A stretch of 64,000 nt of DNA. Source: Salpingoeca rosetta (taxonomy: Eukaryota; Protista; Choanoflagellata). The stretch lies in assembly GCA_033442325.1 (NCBI GenBank), contig JAWQFM010000012.1, positions 1,061,714 through 1,125,713 of the forward strand, written 5' to 3'. Each line of letters begins with the position of its first letter. Position 1 is the first letter of the stretch. Below the pieces are notes generated by a model. That model was not told the origin of the DNA. It saw only the letters and a program-made list of their open reading frames with translations, and did not search any database. The position numbers were made by a program, and so were the translations under genes. Below, one piece after another: positions 1 to 13,640 of this stretch.

Positions 1-152
1 CCACGCCGCAGCGACAACGCCACACTCCACATCTACTCTCGCGTCCTGCAGGTGAGTCATATTGGGTTGCAGGTTGCAGGAGGTGGTGGTGCATGGCGAT
101 CGAGAGTTGTTGTGGCGCCATGAATTCGCCAAGTAGCCTCCCCTTCCCAACA

Positions 153-205
<53 letters not shown>

Positions 206-726
206 GCCTCTCACCCACCATCATGTACGTCCATCGACGTGATTGCCAGGCGCCGAGCGAGCAGGCCCCGCTGCCCATATGCTCGCACGACAAGTGGATC
301 ACCCCAATCATGGATGGCGGTGTTGTGCAGACAACGCGCACTCCACCACACGATGCACCCCGCCAAGACGTCAGCGCTCGCATTCAGCACGTGCGCCCCG
401 CTGATGAGGTTGGCGATGGCAGTGGTGCTGGTGCTCGTGGCGGTGGCGGCGGCGGCGGCGGCGGCGGCCTGTCGCCGATATCTGCTGCTGTGCTGTTGCT
501 TCTTGGAATGGCTGTCGGCGTTGTTGCCTTCGTCGGCTTCAAGCGATGGCGTGCGCGGAGACGCGGCAGTGCTGTTGAGCGCGAGCACGCCCGCCACCAC
601 CGTTATCACCATCATCAACAGCACCGCATGTCGTTCATGGCGTCGCCCACCACAGACACGCACCCCACAATCAGCACCAGCAGCAGTAACCTGTCCCCCA
701 CCACCGCACGGACGTTTGCTGTTTGA
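1..726 (+). CDS. 3' end of a single-pass membrane protein (partial, runs off the window start); exons ~1-51 and 250-726
   Basis: Frame PRRSDNATLHIYSRVLQ ends at a gtgagt donor (52). The cag acceptor at 249 continues in frame (APSEQAPLP...), through a Gly linker, a hydrophobic segment ISAAVLLLLGMAVGVVAFVGF and a basic stop-transfer KRWRARRR, to the stop at 726. Confidence 0.65.
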
Positions 727-1428
727 CGTGAGATCAATGGAACGGGATTGATGCAAGCGTTACAGTTACATTTGTATTTGCTCACTGGATATTTGACCGC
801 CGTTGATTTATTGGGGATTACTTGGCCTGTAGTCGTCTTCACAACAATGTAACCGAACCCATACCAGCCAGAGCCAAGAAAAAAGGAAGCAAGCAAGCAA
901 AGCAAGCAAGGACAACGATCAACATGCGTCATGCATTCACACACACATTCACATTCACACACACACACACATTCACATTCACACACACACACACACACTC
1001 GCACTCGCACTCGCACTCGCACACGGCGTCAAAATCCAAACAAACCCAAAAGGCGAGCGCGCCCACCATCAGCAGCAAAACGCGTGTTGACTTTTCACGA
1101 ATACCTTTCCATAATTATCTCCACTTCTGCCTCCACCACCACCGCAAACAAACCACGCCAATCCCCACAGCACATCGTCCCTTTGTCACCCACCTTGTTT
1201 CGATCAAGTGCTCACGAGGTACGGGTGTGTCCCGTCTTCTCACAGCTTCTCTTGGCTTGGCTTGCTGTGGCTGATCAAGCAGCCAGCACAACACAGCAAA
1301 GACACACGTGCAACGAGACACACTGCTGCTTTGTGCTGTGCTTCACACAACAGCAAACAAACCACAAACGCATACACACAAACCACACAAACCACACACA
1401 CACACACAAGCGCTTCAACGAGCACATC

Positions 1429-4400
1429 ATGGTGCTGTTTGCGTGGCGTGTAGACATGCCACGCCGCTGCGGCCATACCCCCAGCACCAGCAACAACAAC
1501 AGCACCAGCAACAGCAGCAAACCAAGAGCAAGGACACCAGTGGCGCTGGCGCTGTTGGTGTTGCTTGGGCTGCTTTGTACGCTGGGTGCTGCACAAGATA
1601 CAACCACAACCTACTGCTTGGACGACACCGTGCTCGGCGCATGCGATGGCTTGGCGACAACCACCACCAACTCCACCGACTGCAGTCAAAGCACTTTGTG
1701 CTCGTGTGTAAACGACGCCCTTGTGCCCGAGGAAGGCCCGCCGTGCATCTGCTCTGAGGAGCACTACGAAGACAGTAGCCAGTGCTTGCCGTGCACCTCA
1801 GAGTGTTCCACGGACCAGTTTGAGTCCCAGGCATGCACGCCAACCCAGAACCGCCAGTGCCAAACGTGCACCGCCTCCTGCACCGAGGGCAAGTACCTTA
1901 CCCCCTGCATGGCCACCGCTGATGCCCAGTGCGTGGATTGCACCATCTGTGATACCGATCAGTACGAGATTACGGCGTGCACCACGAACAGCAACCGCGA
2001 GTGCACCACCTGCACAGTCTGCAGCAGCAACCAGTACCAGGTTGCCGATTGCAGCGACTCCGCCGATCGCATGTGTGCAAGCTGTACCACCTGCACTGGT
2101 GACACATATGCGTCCACGCCTTGCTCCGAAGAGGTGGACACAGTGTGCTCCGACTGCTCGACGTGCACCGACACGCAGTTTCTCACGGCCGAGTGCACCC
2201 CGACCTCCAACACCATGTGCGAGGACTGCAGCACCTGCGATGAGGACCAGTTTGTCACGGCCAACTGCACGGATACAGAGGACACACAGTGTCAGGCGTG
2301 CACCACGTGTGACCCAACGGAGTACCAGAGCGTGGCGTGCTCGGCGTTTGCGGACAGCGAGTGTCTCCCCTGCACAACGTGCGAGGACACCGAGTATGTG
2401 CAACAGCCCTGCACAGATGTCACAGACACGGTGTGTATGGCCTGCTCCGTGTGTGATGCGCCCGAACAGTTCACCGCCACCAACTGCACGACATCAGCGG
2501 ATACTATGTGTAGCGACTGCGCCACGTGTGGTGCCACGCAGTTTGAGACGACCGCGTGCACGCAGTGGAGCAACCGCGAGTGCCAGGACTGCCTCGAGTG
2601 CAACCCTGGCGAGTACCAGACCCGCAACTGCACGGAGACGGCGGACAGGGAGTGCGCACTGTGCTCCCAGTGTGACAACGATGAGTACATCAGCGTGGCC
2701 TGTGGCGTGACAACGGACACCGTGTGCGCCGATTGCGCCGTTTGCCGCAGCGACCAGTATGAGACCAGCCCCTGCACAGAGGTTGCAGATCGCACGTGTG
2801 CCAACTGTACCGAGTGCGAGCCAGGCTTCTTCACGTCGCGCGAGTGCAGTGCAACGCTGGACCGTAACTGCACCGCGTGCCGCACGTGCGCCGATGACGA
2901 GTTTGAGACCGTCCCCTGCACTGCAAGCAGCAACCGCGAGTGCCAGGCGTGCAGCACCTGCGACCCGACGCAGTACATTCTGCACGCGTGCAATGCGACC
3001 GCCAACACGGTGTGCGACGTGTGCTTGACGTGCGAACCGGGCACGTATGCAACCGGTGGGTGTGATGGCGTCAACCAGCGCACGTGCGGACCGTGCACGC
3101 AGTGTGACTTTGACAACGAGTATGAAACGCACGCGTGCGAGCCGCTTGCAGACCGCGTGTGCACCAACCTGACCGTGTGCGATTACGACGCCATGTTCAT
3201 GTCTGTGATGCCCACGGCCACCACCGACCGCGAGTGCACAGCGCTCACCGTGTGCGACACGGCCACGCAGTACGAATCGACACCCAAGACGGTGACGAGC
3301 GACCGCATCTGCTCCCCCATCAGCAGCTGCGACGCCGGCGAGTTTGAGACCCGCGCGCCAACGCCAACAACGGACCGCGTGTGCGCGCTCTGTCCTGCGG
3401 GCACGGTTGACGACAACGGCGACGGCCTTGGCGAGTGTGTGCAGTGCCCCGCTGGCGTGTACACCACCAACGGCACAGTTGGGCCCTGCAGCGCCTATCA
3501 GTGCCCGGTGGCGACGGCCGATCTGGACATGAACCCGGCAACCGCGTGCGACGACTGCAACGGTGTCACCAACTACCAGAACGAGGAGGGCAAGACAACG
3601 TGCAAGGTGGTGAAGGATTGCCCGCCCGGACAGGAGGAGAACTCGCCGCCCGCACCCAACGCAGACCGCACGTGCCGCTTCTGCGTTCTCTCGCGCACCT
3701 ACAAGCCGACAACGGGGCAGGCGCCGTGCATGAACACTACGACGTGCCCGCCTGGCATGGAGGAGACGACCCTGGCCACGCGATCGAGTGATCGCCAGTG
3801 CACCATGTGCGCAGACGGCAAAGTGAAGGAGGACCCTGGCCAGTCCACGTCGTGCGTGCCGCATTACATCTGCCCGGCAGGCCAACGCGTAAGTGCTCCG
3901 TGTGTTTCGCTCGTTGTGTTGTTCGTGTTGTTCGTGTTGTTCGTGTTGTTCGTGTTGTTCGTGTGTGTGTGTGTGTGTCTGTCTGTCTGTCTGACCGACT
4001 GTCTGTCTGTCTGTCTGTCTGTGTGTGCGTGATCGTGTTTGTTCATGTGTCTGTCTCTGTACGCGTCTACCTGCTCGTCCGTTGTTGTGTCTCTGTCCAT
4101 CTCATCATCTTCCTGTCCCCTCACCATCAATTCCTCCCTCCCTCCATCCTCTCTGTCTCGTCACCACCTGGACAGGAATCTGCGGCCCCCACAGCGTCCA
4201 CAGACCGCGTGTGCGAGGATTGTCCTGTCGACTTCTTCAAGACCAGCCCTGGGCAGGACCCCTGCCTGGAGGTGGACGTGTGTTCGCAGATGGAGTATGA
4301 GCTTCGTGCGCCAACTACATCCCAGGACCGGCTGTGTGAACCCATCACCGTGTGCACCTCCGAGCAGTGGCAGTCGACGGAGCCAACAGCAACCAGCGAC

Positions 4401-6109
4401 CGCGTGTGCGAAGCGTGCTCAACGTGCCCAGAGGGTCGCTTAGAGGTGCAGCCGTGCACGCCAACCTCCGACCGCGTGTGCGAGGACTGCTCAGCGTGCA
4501 CTGAAGGGGTTCAGTTCATTGCACAGGAGTGCGGGGTTGACGACACGGTGTGCCAGGACTGCCGCACGTGTCTGCCCACGGAGTACGAGACGGCCAGCTG
4601 CCAGCTCCGTCGCAACCGCCAGTGTGCTGCGCTCACCCGGTGCACGGGCAACGAGTATGAGGAGACGCCACCCACGGCCACCGCAGACCGGGTGTGCCTT
4701 GACCTGACCGTGTGCACGTCGCTCCAGTACGAGTCCCTTGCTGCGACAGACACCTCGGACCGAGAGTGCACGCAGCTGACGCAGTGTGTGCCCGGCCAGT
4801 ATGTGTCACGCGCGCCAACCTCCACCACAGACCGCGAGTGCACGGTGTGCGCGGAGGGAACGACGGACCACGATTCCACCGCGTCCACGCCGTGCCAGTC
4901 GTGCAGCGCAGGCACGTATGTCCCTGAAGGGTCGGCGGGCGCCTGCAGTACGTTTGTGTGTCGTGCTGGCACCATTGACGATGATGAAGACGCGTCCACG
5001 GCGTGCGTGTCGTGTGTGTCGGGCGTGTCGCACCAGCCCGACGCAGGCCAGACCGCCTGTGTCCCCGTCACGGTGTGCGCACCTGGGTTTACGGAGAGCA
5101 TCGCTCCGACTGCAGTGCGTGATCGCGGATGCAGCGCATGTGCCATGGGCAAGTTCAAGGCAACGCCCGGGTCAGATGCGTGTGAGGACTGGGCTGTGTG
5201 CAGCATGAGCACGCAGTACATTGCGCAACACCCCACTTCCACGTCGGACCGCGTGTGCGAGGACATTACGGAATGCGACGCCATCACGCAATACGAGACG
5301 GTTGAGCCTACGGCCACCACAGACCGCAAGTGCACAGCACTCACCACGTGCAGGGCGGACACGGAGTATGAGTCTGTTGCTCCAACGCCAACCACGAACC
5401 GCGTCTGCAAGACGCTGCGTGTCTGCTCCGGTGACGAGTTTGAGGTACAACGACAAAGATTGTGTGCACATATGTGTGTGCGTGTGTGTGTGCATGTGTG
5501 TATGAGCGTGTGGGTGGTGTTTCTGTGTGATGCCATGTCGTGTGCGCACGCGTTTGTGTGTTTGTGTGCGAAAGGGGGGGGGGTTCCAACTGTGCCCGTG
5601 TGTGATGTACTGCTCGTAAGCTTTCCCACTGTTTTCGTTTCATCTCACCCATTCCCCTCTGCTTGCGCAGGCCACCGCGCCCACAGCCACGAGCGACCGC
5701 GTGTGTCTGCCCGTGCAATCGTGCGACGACGGCTACTTTATTGAAGCCGACGCAACCCCAACCTCCGATCGCGTGTGCACGCTGTGGACCGTATGCGATG
5801 CAGACGAGTACCAGAGCGTCGCCCCTTCCCTGTGAGTGCTAGGGGTCTGGCGTGGGGCAAGTGGAGTTACCAGCACGTGGTTTGTCTTGCTGGCAATTCC
5901 TACGCCATCATGCTGCTGAGTCTCTGCTTGTCGTTGTGACTCGCTCACGCCCACCCTAACGCTCGCACCACAATGAAACAAACACACACACAATCAACCA
6001 ATCAAACACACAAACACACACAAACACACACAATTAATGAATGCAACACCCCCCCCCCCCTCTCAACACACACACACACACAATTAATGAATGAAACACC
6101 CCCCCCCCT

Positions 6110-6163
<54 letters not shown>

Positions 6164-8722
6164 CAAACATGCATACAGGAACCGCGACCGCGAGTGCACG
6201 AAGATCAGCGCGTGCGTGGACGGCACGTACGAGACGGCATCGCCAACACAGACAACGGACCGACAGTGCGCAGACTGCCGCACGTGTGCAGCGGGCACGT
6301 TTGAGTCGCAGGCATGCACCGCGTCAACCAACAGGGCGTGCACGGCCTGCTCGCCGTGTGCGGAGGGTGATGCGTACGAGATGCAGGCATGCACACCTAC
6401 AAGCGACCGCGTGTGTAGCCCTTGCTCCATGTGCATGGATGGGTTCTTCATCGACGCAACGTGCACTGCACTGGACAACACGGACTGCTCCCGCTGCTCC
6501 CGCTGTGCACAGGGCAGCTACCAGACTCAGCCGTGCGGCGCTGCTGCCGACACGCAGTGCACCACATGTCGCACGTGCACGGCTGGCGTGACGTTTGCCA
6601 CTGGCGGGTGTGTCAACGAGCTTGACACGGAGTGCACGCCCTGCAGCGCGTGTGGCGCAACCGAGTTTGTGTCGCTGGCGTGCACGCCCACGACCGACAC
6701 GGGCTGCACCGCTTGCAGCGTGTGCCCGATTGGCAAGCACATTGACCAGGCGTGTGGCGAGACCACCGACACGGTGTGTGCCGAGTGCGGCAACGGCAAG
6801 TACCAGGATACGCCCGGCGCCCAGGCATGCAAGGACTGCACGTCATGTCAAGCAGGAACGTACATCAAGTCCCCGTGTGGTGTTGCGGTGGATGCCGTGT
6901 GCGAGGAGTGTGAGAGCGGCAGGTACCAGGACCAGTCGGACAAGGCCTCGTGCAAGCGATGCAGCGTGTGTCCCGCAGGCAAGAAGGAAGTGCAGGCGTG
7001 CACGGCGTCCTCCAACACGGTGTGCCAGGACTGCGAAGACGGGTTCTACCAGGACGAGGGGGATCGCGCCACGTGCAAGCGCTGCAGCCGCTGCTCGCCG
7101 GACGAGTACGAGGAGCAGGCGTGCACCAGCACGAGCGACACCGTGTGCGTGGCGTGCACGACGGGGTGCAGCCCGGGCGAGCGCGTCACGGCATCTTGCA
7201 GTGACACCGCCGATCTGCAGTGCTCCGTGTGCCCGACGGACGAATTCCAGGCATCGGATGACCACCTCGACACGTCATGTCTGACGTGCAGCACCTGTCG
7301 CCGCGGTCAGTACGTCACCCGCTCCTGTACTCGCACGCTCGACCGCACGTGCGCGAGCTGCGACCCTGGCGCGTACTCTGACGCGGAGAATGCGCAGGAG
7401 TGCGCCAAGTGCGGACACGGCACGTACCAGGAGCGACCGGGCCAGACATCGTGCACGGAGTGTGTGAGCGGCACGGCGTCGTCCGTGACGGGCGCCACAT
7501 CGAGTGACGTGTGCGCGCCGTGCGATGTGGGCCAGTACCAGGACCAGACTGGGCAGTCCGTGTGCAAGCGGTGTCCAACGGGCACGGCAAACGGCATCAC
7601 GGGGGCAACGTCGCTTGACGACTGCGTGTCATGCTCGCTTGGCTCGTACCAGGACGAGAGCGGGAAGGGCACGTGCAAGGAGTGCCCTGCTGGCGCATAC
7701 CAGGACGACATGGGGCAGACCGGATGCAAGCAGTGCGCACGTGGCAAGTACTCCAACGTCGTTGCGGCCACCACCGTCAACGCGTGTCAGGACTGTCGCC
7801 AGGGCTTCTACCAGCCACAAAAGGGCCAGACCTCCTGCGTACCGTGTGCTGTGGGCCATTTTTCCACAACAACACGCGCCATTTCCGGCAGCGTGTGCCA
7901 GGCGTGCGCGGAAGGGTCATACCAGGACCAGGATGGTTCAAACTCGTGCAAGATGTGCCCACGTGGCACGTTTGGGTCTGTGACTGCAGCCACGTCGGTG
8001 GACGATTGCTCCTCGTGCGCGGCAGGCAAGTACCAGCCAGAGGTTGGACAGACGGCGTGCATCGAGTGTCCACGCGGCACATATACGAATGACATGCGCC
8101 AAACCTCGTGCATTCCCTGTGACGAGACGGAGTTCCAGGACAAGACGGGCCAGGAGGCGTGCAAGCCGTGCATTGCCTGCCTTGATGGCTACACGGATGT
8201 TGGTGGCTGCAACCGCACCCACGACCGCATCTGTAAAGGTGCGTAACACTACTTGTGCCTGTATGTGTGTGTGTGTGTGAGTGAGTGAGTGTGAGTGAGT
8301 GTGAGTGTGAGTGTGAGTGTGAGTGTCTGTATGTATGTGTGTGTGTGTTTCGCGTGTGTGTGTGTGCGTGTGCGTAAGTGTGTGTGACTGTGAAGCCGCA
8401 ACAGCCACTGCGTCCTCTGCCTGCTTGCTTTGGACTGTTCGTCGCCTTTACATATTCGTTCACGCTCTTCTTGCACTCACAAATTTGCTACGCCTTGCCT
8501 GGCCCCTCTCTCCCCCCTCCCCCCCCCTCCACTGCGTCCAGACATTGATCCCCCCATGATTGTGATTGTGGACAGCAACAACAACGACATTGCGGACATC
8601 TACATTGTTGAGGCGACAGATACAGGCGACTACACGCCCCTCCAGGCGCGTGCGTTTGACGCAGCAGAGAAGAAGAGCCTGCCAGTCACCATCACGGGCG
8701 AGGACAACGTCAACACACGTAA

Positions 8723-8770
<48 letters not shown>

Positions 8771-8848
8771 TCTCTCTCTCCCTCTCTCTCTTTCTGTCTG
8801 TCTGTCTCTGTCTCTGTCTCTCTCTCTGTCTCTCTCTGTCCCTCTCTC

Positions 8849-8886
<38 letters not shown>

Positions 8887-9995
8887 GCTCACTCTCTCTC
8901 TCTGTCTCTCTCTCTCTATCTCACCCTCGCTACTCTCACTCTGGCTGGGTTTGTGTGTGTGTGACGGAGATATCGGTCGCGGGTCTGTTCTCTCTCTGTC
9001 TCAGAATCTATGTCTCTGACGCTTCTAACAAAAGGTGCGCGAACTCACTCTACAAAGTCTGCGATCACACTCACAAGGAAAATGAGGGATGGGGTAAGGG
9101 ATGGGAAAAAAGAGAAGAAGTTAATGTCCAATGNNNNNNNNNNNNNNNNNNNNNNNNNNNNNNNNNNNNNNNNNNNNNNNNNNNNNNNNNNNNNNNNNNN
9201 NNNNNNNNNNNNNNNNNNNNNNNNNNNNNNNNNTATCTCTCTCTCTCTCTCGCTTGTCGCTTTGCGCTCTGCTTCAATGCGTGTGCAAGCGAGAGCCCCG
9301 CTTATCCTCCATTGGGCATGCTTTCTCCCACACGCGAAATGCAACACAGCCTGAGTTGCAGAAACAAAATCATGAAACTCTTCGCAACTAACCCCTCCCC
9401 CCCCCCCACACACACACACACCACAACACAGGCCAACCTGGGGATTATGTGGTGACGTACACGGCTGTCGACTCGTCTGGGAACGAGGCGAGGATGGACG
9501 TGACGGTGCGCGTGGTGGACGCCACCAAGCCGCGCATCGAGTTTAACCCGCTGCTGCTTGTTGTGGAGGCGGCAGTCGACAACCCAGACTTCCTTGCGGG
9601 CGTGAGCGCGTACGACAAAGTGGACGGGGACCTCACATCCAAGGTGCGCACCAACGCGGCCTCTGTTGTGAACCTTCGCAGTCCAGGCGACTACGAGGCT
9701 CGCTACTTCCTCGCTGGGCCAGACAGCAGCGGCAACTTTGCGCAGGACCAGCTGCGCACCATCCGCGTTGTCGACACCACCAAGCCCGTGCTGGTGCTTG
9801 ACCCGCCAACCAACCTGACCCACGAGGCAGGCACGCCCTATGTTGACCCGGGTTACCGCGCCACAGACACGCTTGACGGCGTCCTCACAGGCACCGACCA
9901 AGTCCAGATCTCAAACGAGGTAAGCGTGGTCGCACCCGCACCCTTGTTTTGTTTCTGGTGGTTTGTGTTTGTACTTGTGTCTGTGCGTTTGAGTT

Positions 9996-10041
<46 letters not shown>

Positions 10042-13000
10042 CGTTTGCCTCTTAATGCTGCTTCTGCCGATGTGATTACACTCGCAATTGCACATGCTCA
10101 CTCACATTCACACTCTCATGTAATCACACTCACCCCACAATCTCATTTACTCACCCACATTCACTCCCTCACTCCCCTTCCTTCCTGTCCCTCTCCGCCA
10201 CTCTTCAGGTGAATGTGTTTGCACGCAACTTTGAGGTGTTCTTCGTCACGTTTACGGCGACAGATCAGGCGGGTAACACGGTGACTCGAATTCGCACCGT
10301 CACTGTGGTCGACACAAAGCCGCCCGTCATCACCATCAGCGGCGACAGCGAGGTGTTCACAGAGGCTGCCCTGCCGTACACAGATGACGGCGCAAGTGCC
10401 ACGGACGTGCGGGATGGCGACATCACGCCCAACGTCGACAACCCTGTGAACGTGTTCCCCGCATCGGTGCCAAAGATGTTTGCCGTGACGTACGTTGCGC
10501 AGGACGCTGCGGGCAACATGGCGACAGCCACTCGCCAAGTGACCGTCCGCGACACGCTTTCCCCCACGGTGACGCTGCGTGGTGCTAATCCCTTCTACAT
10601 CGAGGCCGGCGTGGCAAGGAGCGTGCCTGGTGTGCAGGTGTCTGACCTGTACGACCGTGAGCAGGACATTGCGCTGGTGAGCAACGTCGCCGATGTGAAC
10701 ATCCGGCCTGCCTCCACCCCTGCCGTGTACACGGTGACCTACACGGCCACAGACCGCTCCGGCAACTCGGCGTCTGTCACGCGCAAAGTGATTGTGGAGG
10801 ACACGACGGAGCCGTCCATCCTGCTTGAGGGCGCAAACCCGCTGGAGTGGGAGGGCGGTGTGACGTGGAGAGACCCGGGCCTGAGCGTGGCGTTTGACTC
10901 GTTTGACGGTGACGTGAGCGCGAGCACTATCACGGGCGTGCAAGTGCGCGATCTGGGTGTGCGGCAGGAGGCCCAGTGCTCATTCTCAACGGCAGAGATG
11001 TTTGCTGAGCCGCCCGCCCCAACCTCCTACCACTCCACCCCGCCCAGCGTGCGCTTCGTGGACGTGTTTGCCCCGCCCAACACCGTGTACGACATTGTGT
11101 ACACTGTGAGCGACCGTGCAGGCAACCAGGCGTCCCGCACACGCTCTGTCGTCATCCGCGACACCATCCCGCCGCAGGTGTACCTGCGCGGCCGCCGCTC
11201 CATGTACATCGAGTACCTCACCCCCGAGATGATGGCAGACCCCGCGTTTGCGGGCATGCTGTATCCGCGACCGGGTGCGGAGGCCCAGGACCGCCTGGAT
11301 GGCGACATCTCTGCCAGCATCTGTGTGACGGTGTCACGGTTTGAGTTTGACGCGACGCGGCCCGGTGCGGTGGCGGCGTTCAACGAGACCCTGCCGTGGT
11401 ACACGCTGCGGCAGCGGTCTGGGTTCAACAGCCTGCTCAACTCCGAGCCCGTGGGCACGCTGTTCCTGGTGGAGTACGTTGCGCTGGACGGCGCGGGCAA
11501 CACGGGCAGCGAGATGCGGCGGGTACTGGTGCGCGACAGCACACCACCGCTCATCACCATCGGAGGCAACGACACTGTTGCGGTGCCATATGGCACGACC
11601 GTGGCACACGTGGTCGGTGGCTACAGCGCACACGACTGGCACGATGGTGACGTCACAGACAGGGTGCGCGTGCACGGTGTGGGGGACATTGACGTGTACG
11701 TGAGCGCCAGGTACACTGTCACGTACCGCGTTGCTGACCAGGCCAACAACACAGCAGAGGTGTCGCAGATTGTGGATGTGCTGCCTGTTGTGCGCCCGGC
11801 ACCAGGGTACACGGTGACAATTCGCTTCCAGGCGTTCAAGAACCAGATCATCCCAGACGTGCCCGAGTTTGAGCGCATGATGACGCAGGACGTGTTTGGC
11901 GGCGACTTTGCCATTGTCCTCTCCGTGGAGGAGCGGGCCGTCAACTCGGGTTCGGAGACTATGGTTGAGGTTGGCGTGCGCGACCGGGACACGCTGGCGT
12001 GGATCCCGTCGACAGAAGTGGCGCGCGTGGTTGAGGCGTCGCGCGCTGTTGCCAACGGCGACATCTTTGGGTTTGGCGTGGCCGCCGTCAAGGCATCCGG
12101 CAGCTCCAGCGGAGGCAGCGGCGTGGGGACGGGCGCGGTGGTGGCTGCCGTCGTGTGCGTGGTGATCGTGGTGGCGGTGATTGCGTTTGTGGTCATCCGC
12201 CGCCGCACACACCGCAACGCCCTGGGCCCGTCACCCGTGCACAAGCCGTCCGGGTGGGACGAGTCCAACCCGCACCCGTACCGCGTGGAGCACGCTGGCG
12301 GGGGCGCGCGGAGCCCGCGGCAGAAGAAGGGCAAGAAGCCGTCCATGCTTGACATTGACCATCGCGAGCGCGCGTCCATTGGCATGACGTACGAGAACCC
12401 GCTGTTCCAGAACCGGAAGAAAGCGCCGGACAACGGGTTTTACGAGCTGGAGAAGCACCGCAATGCGCCAGCCCAGCAGGACATGTACATGCCCGCGGGC
12501 CAGAACGGCGAGGCCCCGCGCGGGTTTGGGTTTGAGGTGTTCCAGGGCGGCCTTGGCGTTGCCGAGACAGACGATCAGGACTACGACAAGCCCGTCGTGC
12601 GCGCAGCAGACCCCAACGACGTTGGCATGTACGACAAGCCTAAGGTGCGGCTGGACGGCAGCGAGGGCCTTGGCGGTATGATTGACGACGACGATGATGA
12701 GGTGTACGACCTGCCCAACAGGGGCGGTAGGAAGGCCGCGATGCCGCCGCCGCTGCCGGCAAAGAAGAGCGACGCTGCGTTTGCTGGCATTCTGGAGGCG
12801 ACTGGCGGCGACGACGATGACGACGATGAAAGCGACGGAACGCCGGACCTGCTCGCCCACGCCGTGACGCTGCCGGGCTACTTTGGCCAGATGAAACGCG
12901 ACGCAGCGGAGGAGCGGCTGCTGGAGGAGGCGCCGGGCACCTATCTGTTGCGTGCAAGCAAGTCGGTTGGGGGCGTGGTGCTGTCGTGCAAGACGCCTGC

Positions 13001-13640
13001 GGGCCATGTGGAGCACCACGTGATGGAGATGAACGAGTCTGGGCGGGTGACAATCAACGCGGACCAGCTCAACAACTGCGTGGGCCTGTCGCAGGCGATT
13101 GCCATGCTGCGCAGCGCCAACACGTTCCTGCCGTATGTTCTCACGCAGCCGCTCAAGGACACGAGCGAAAGCAGCGACGTCACCCTCAACTTTGTGCGGG
13201 GAACATCTGAGCGGCGCCGCGGTGGGCGGCAGCAGCCACCACCGCTCAAGTCGCGATCGAGCGGTGCAGCCGGCGGCGACAACGCGACCACCACTGCCGC
13301 TGGTGGCGGGGGTGCGCCGTTTGGAGGGTCGTCGCGGTGGCTGCATGGCGCCATCTCCCGCAAGGAGGCGGAGAAGAGGATGGCTGCTGCGGGGCTGACG
13401 GATGGGCTGTTCCTCGTGCGTACCAAGGACAAGTCGTATGCGCTGACCATGAGCGATGACAAGCGCGTGAGCCACCATCTCATCACGCCTGCGCCTGGTG
13501 GTGACTGGGTTGTGAACAACAAGCAGCTGCCGGAGCGGTGCGAAACGGTTGAGGATGTCATTGCACTGCTGGCACGCACGCGTGTGGACACGGTGCCTGC
13601 CAAGCTCACCACGCCACTGCAGCCCGACGCTGAGGCGTAA
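1429..13640 (+). CDS. Giant type I receptor-like protein (~3348 aa): signal peptide, many TNFR-like and GCC2/GCC3 (Ephrin_rec_like) Cys-rich repeats, ~8 HYR/DUF5011-type Ig-like repeats, TM, Tyr-motif tail and two SH2 domains
   Basis: Exons 1429-3888, 4176-5444, 5671-5831, 6179-8238, 8542-8718, 9432-9919 and 10209-13640 join in frame at GT-AG sites (10047 nt). Signal peptide VALALLVLLGLLCTLGAAQ; repeats CxxCxxxqYxxxxCTxTxDRxC and CxxCxxGxYQDxxGQxxC; DTTxPxITLxG...DGDxT...VTYxAxDxAGN repeats; TM ~12134-12198; SH2 motifs YFGQMKRDAAEERL...GTYLLR and WLHGAISRKEAE...GLFLVR. Confidence 0.9.
8724..8920. repeat. (CT)n/(CTGT)n microsatellite in intron 5 of the receptor gene
   Basis: Directly visible ctctct tract after the gtaag donor at 8719. 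Confidence 0.9.
9134..9233. other. 100-N assembly gap inside an intron
   Basis: Run of 100 N. The flanking exons (end 8718, start 9432) splice in frame (NTR-QPGDYVVTY), so probably no exon is lost. Confidence 0.9.

Noticed and set aside
6025-6125. Short ~50-bp intronic duplication (caattaatgaatg...poly-C)
   Set aside because: It is a local slippage duplication with no terminal inverted repeats or coding signal of a mobile element.
3889-6178. Apparent frameshifts or pseudogenisation between Cys-rich ORFs
   Set aside because: They are fully explained by canonical GT-AG introns that restore the frame.
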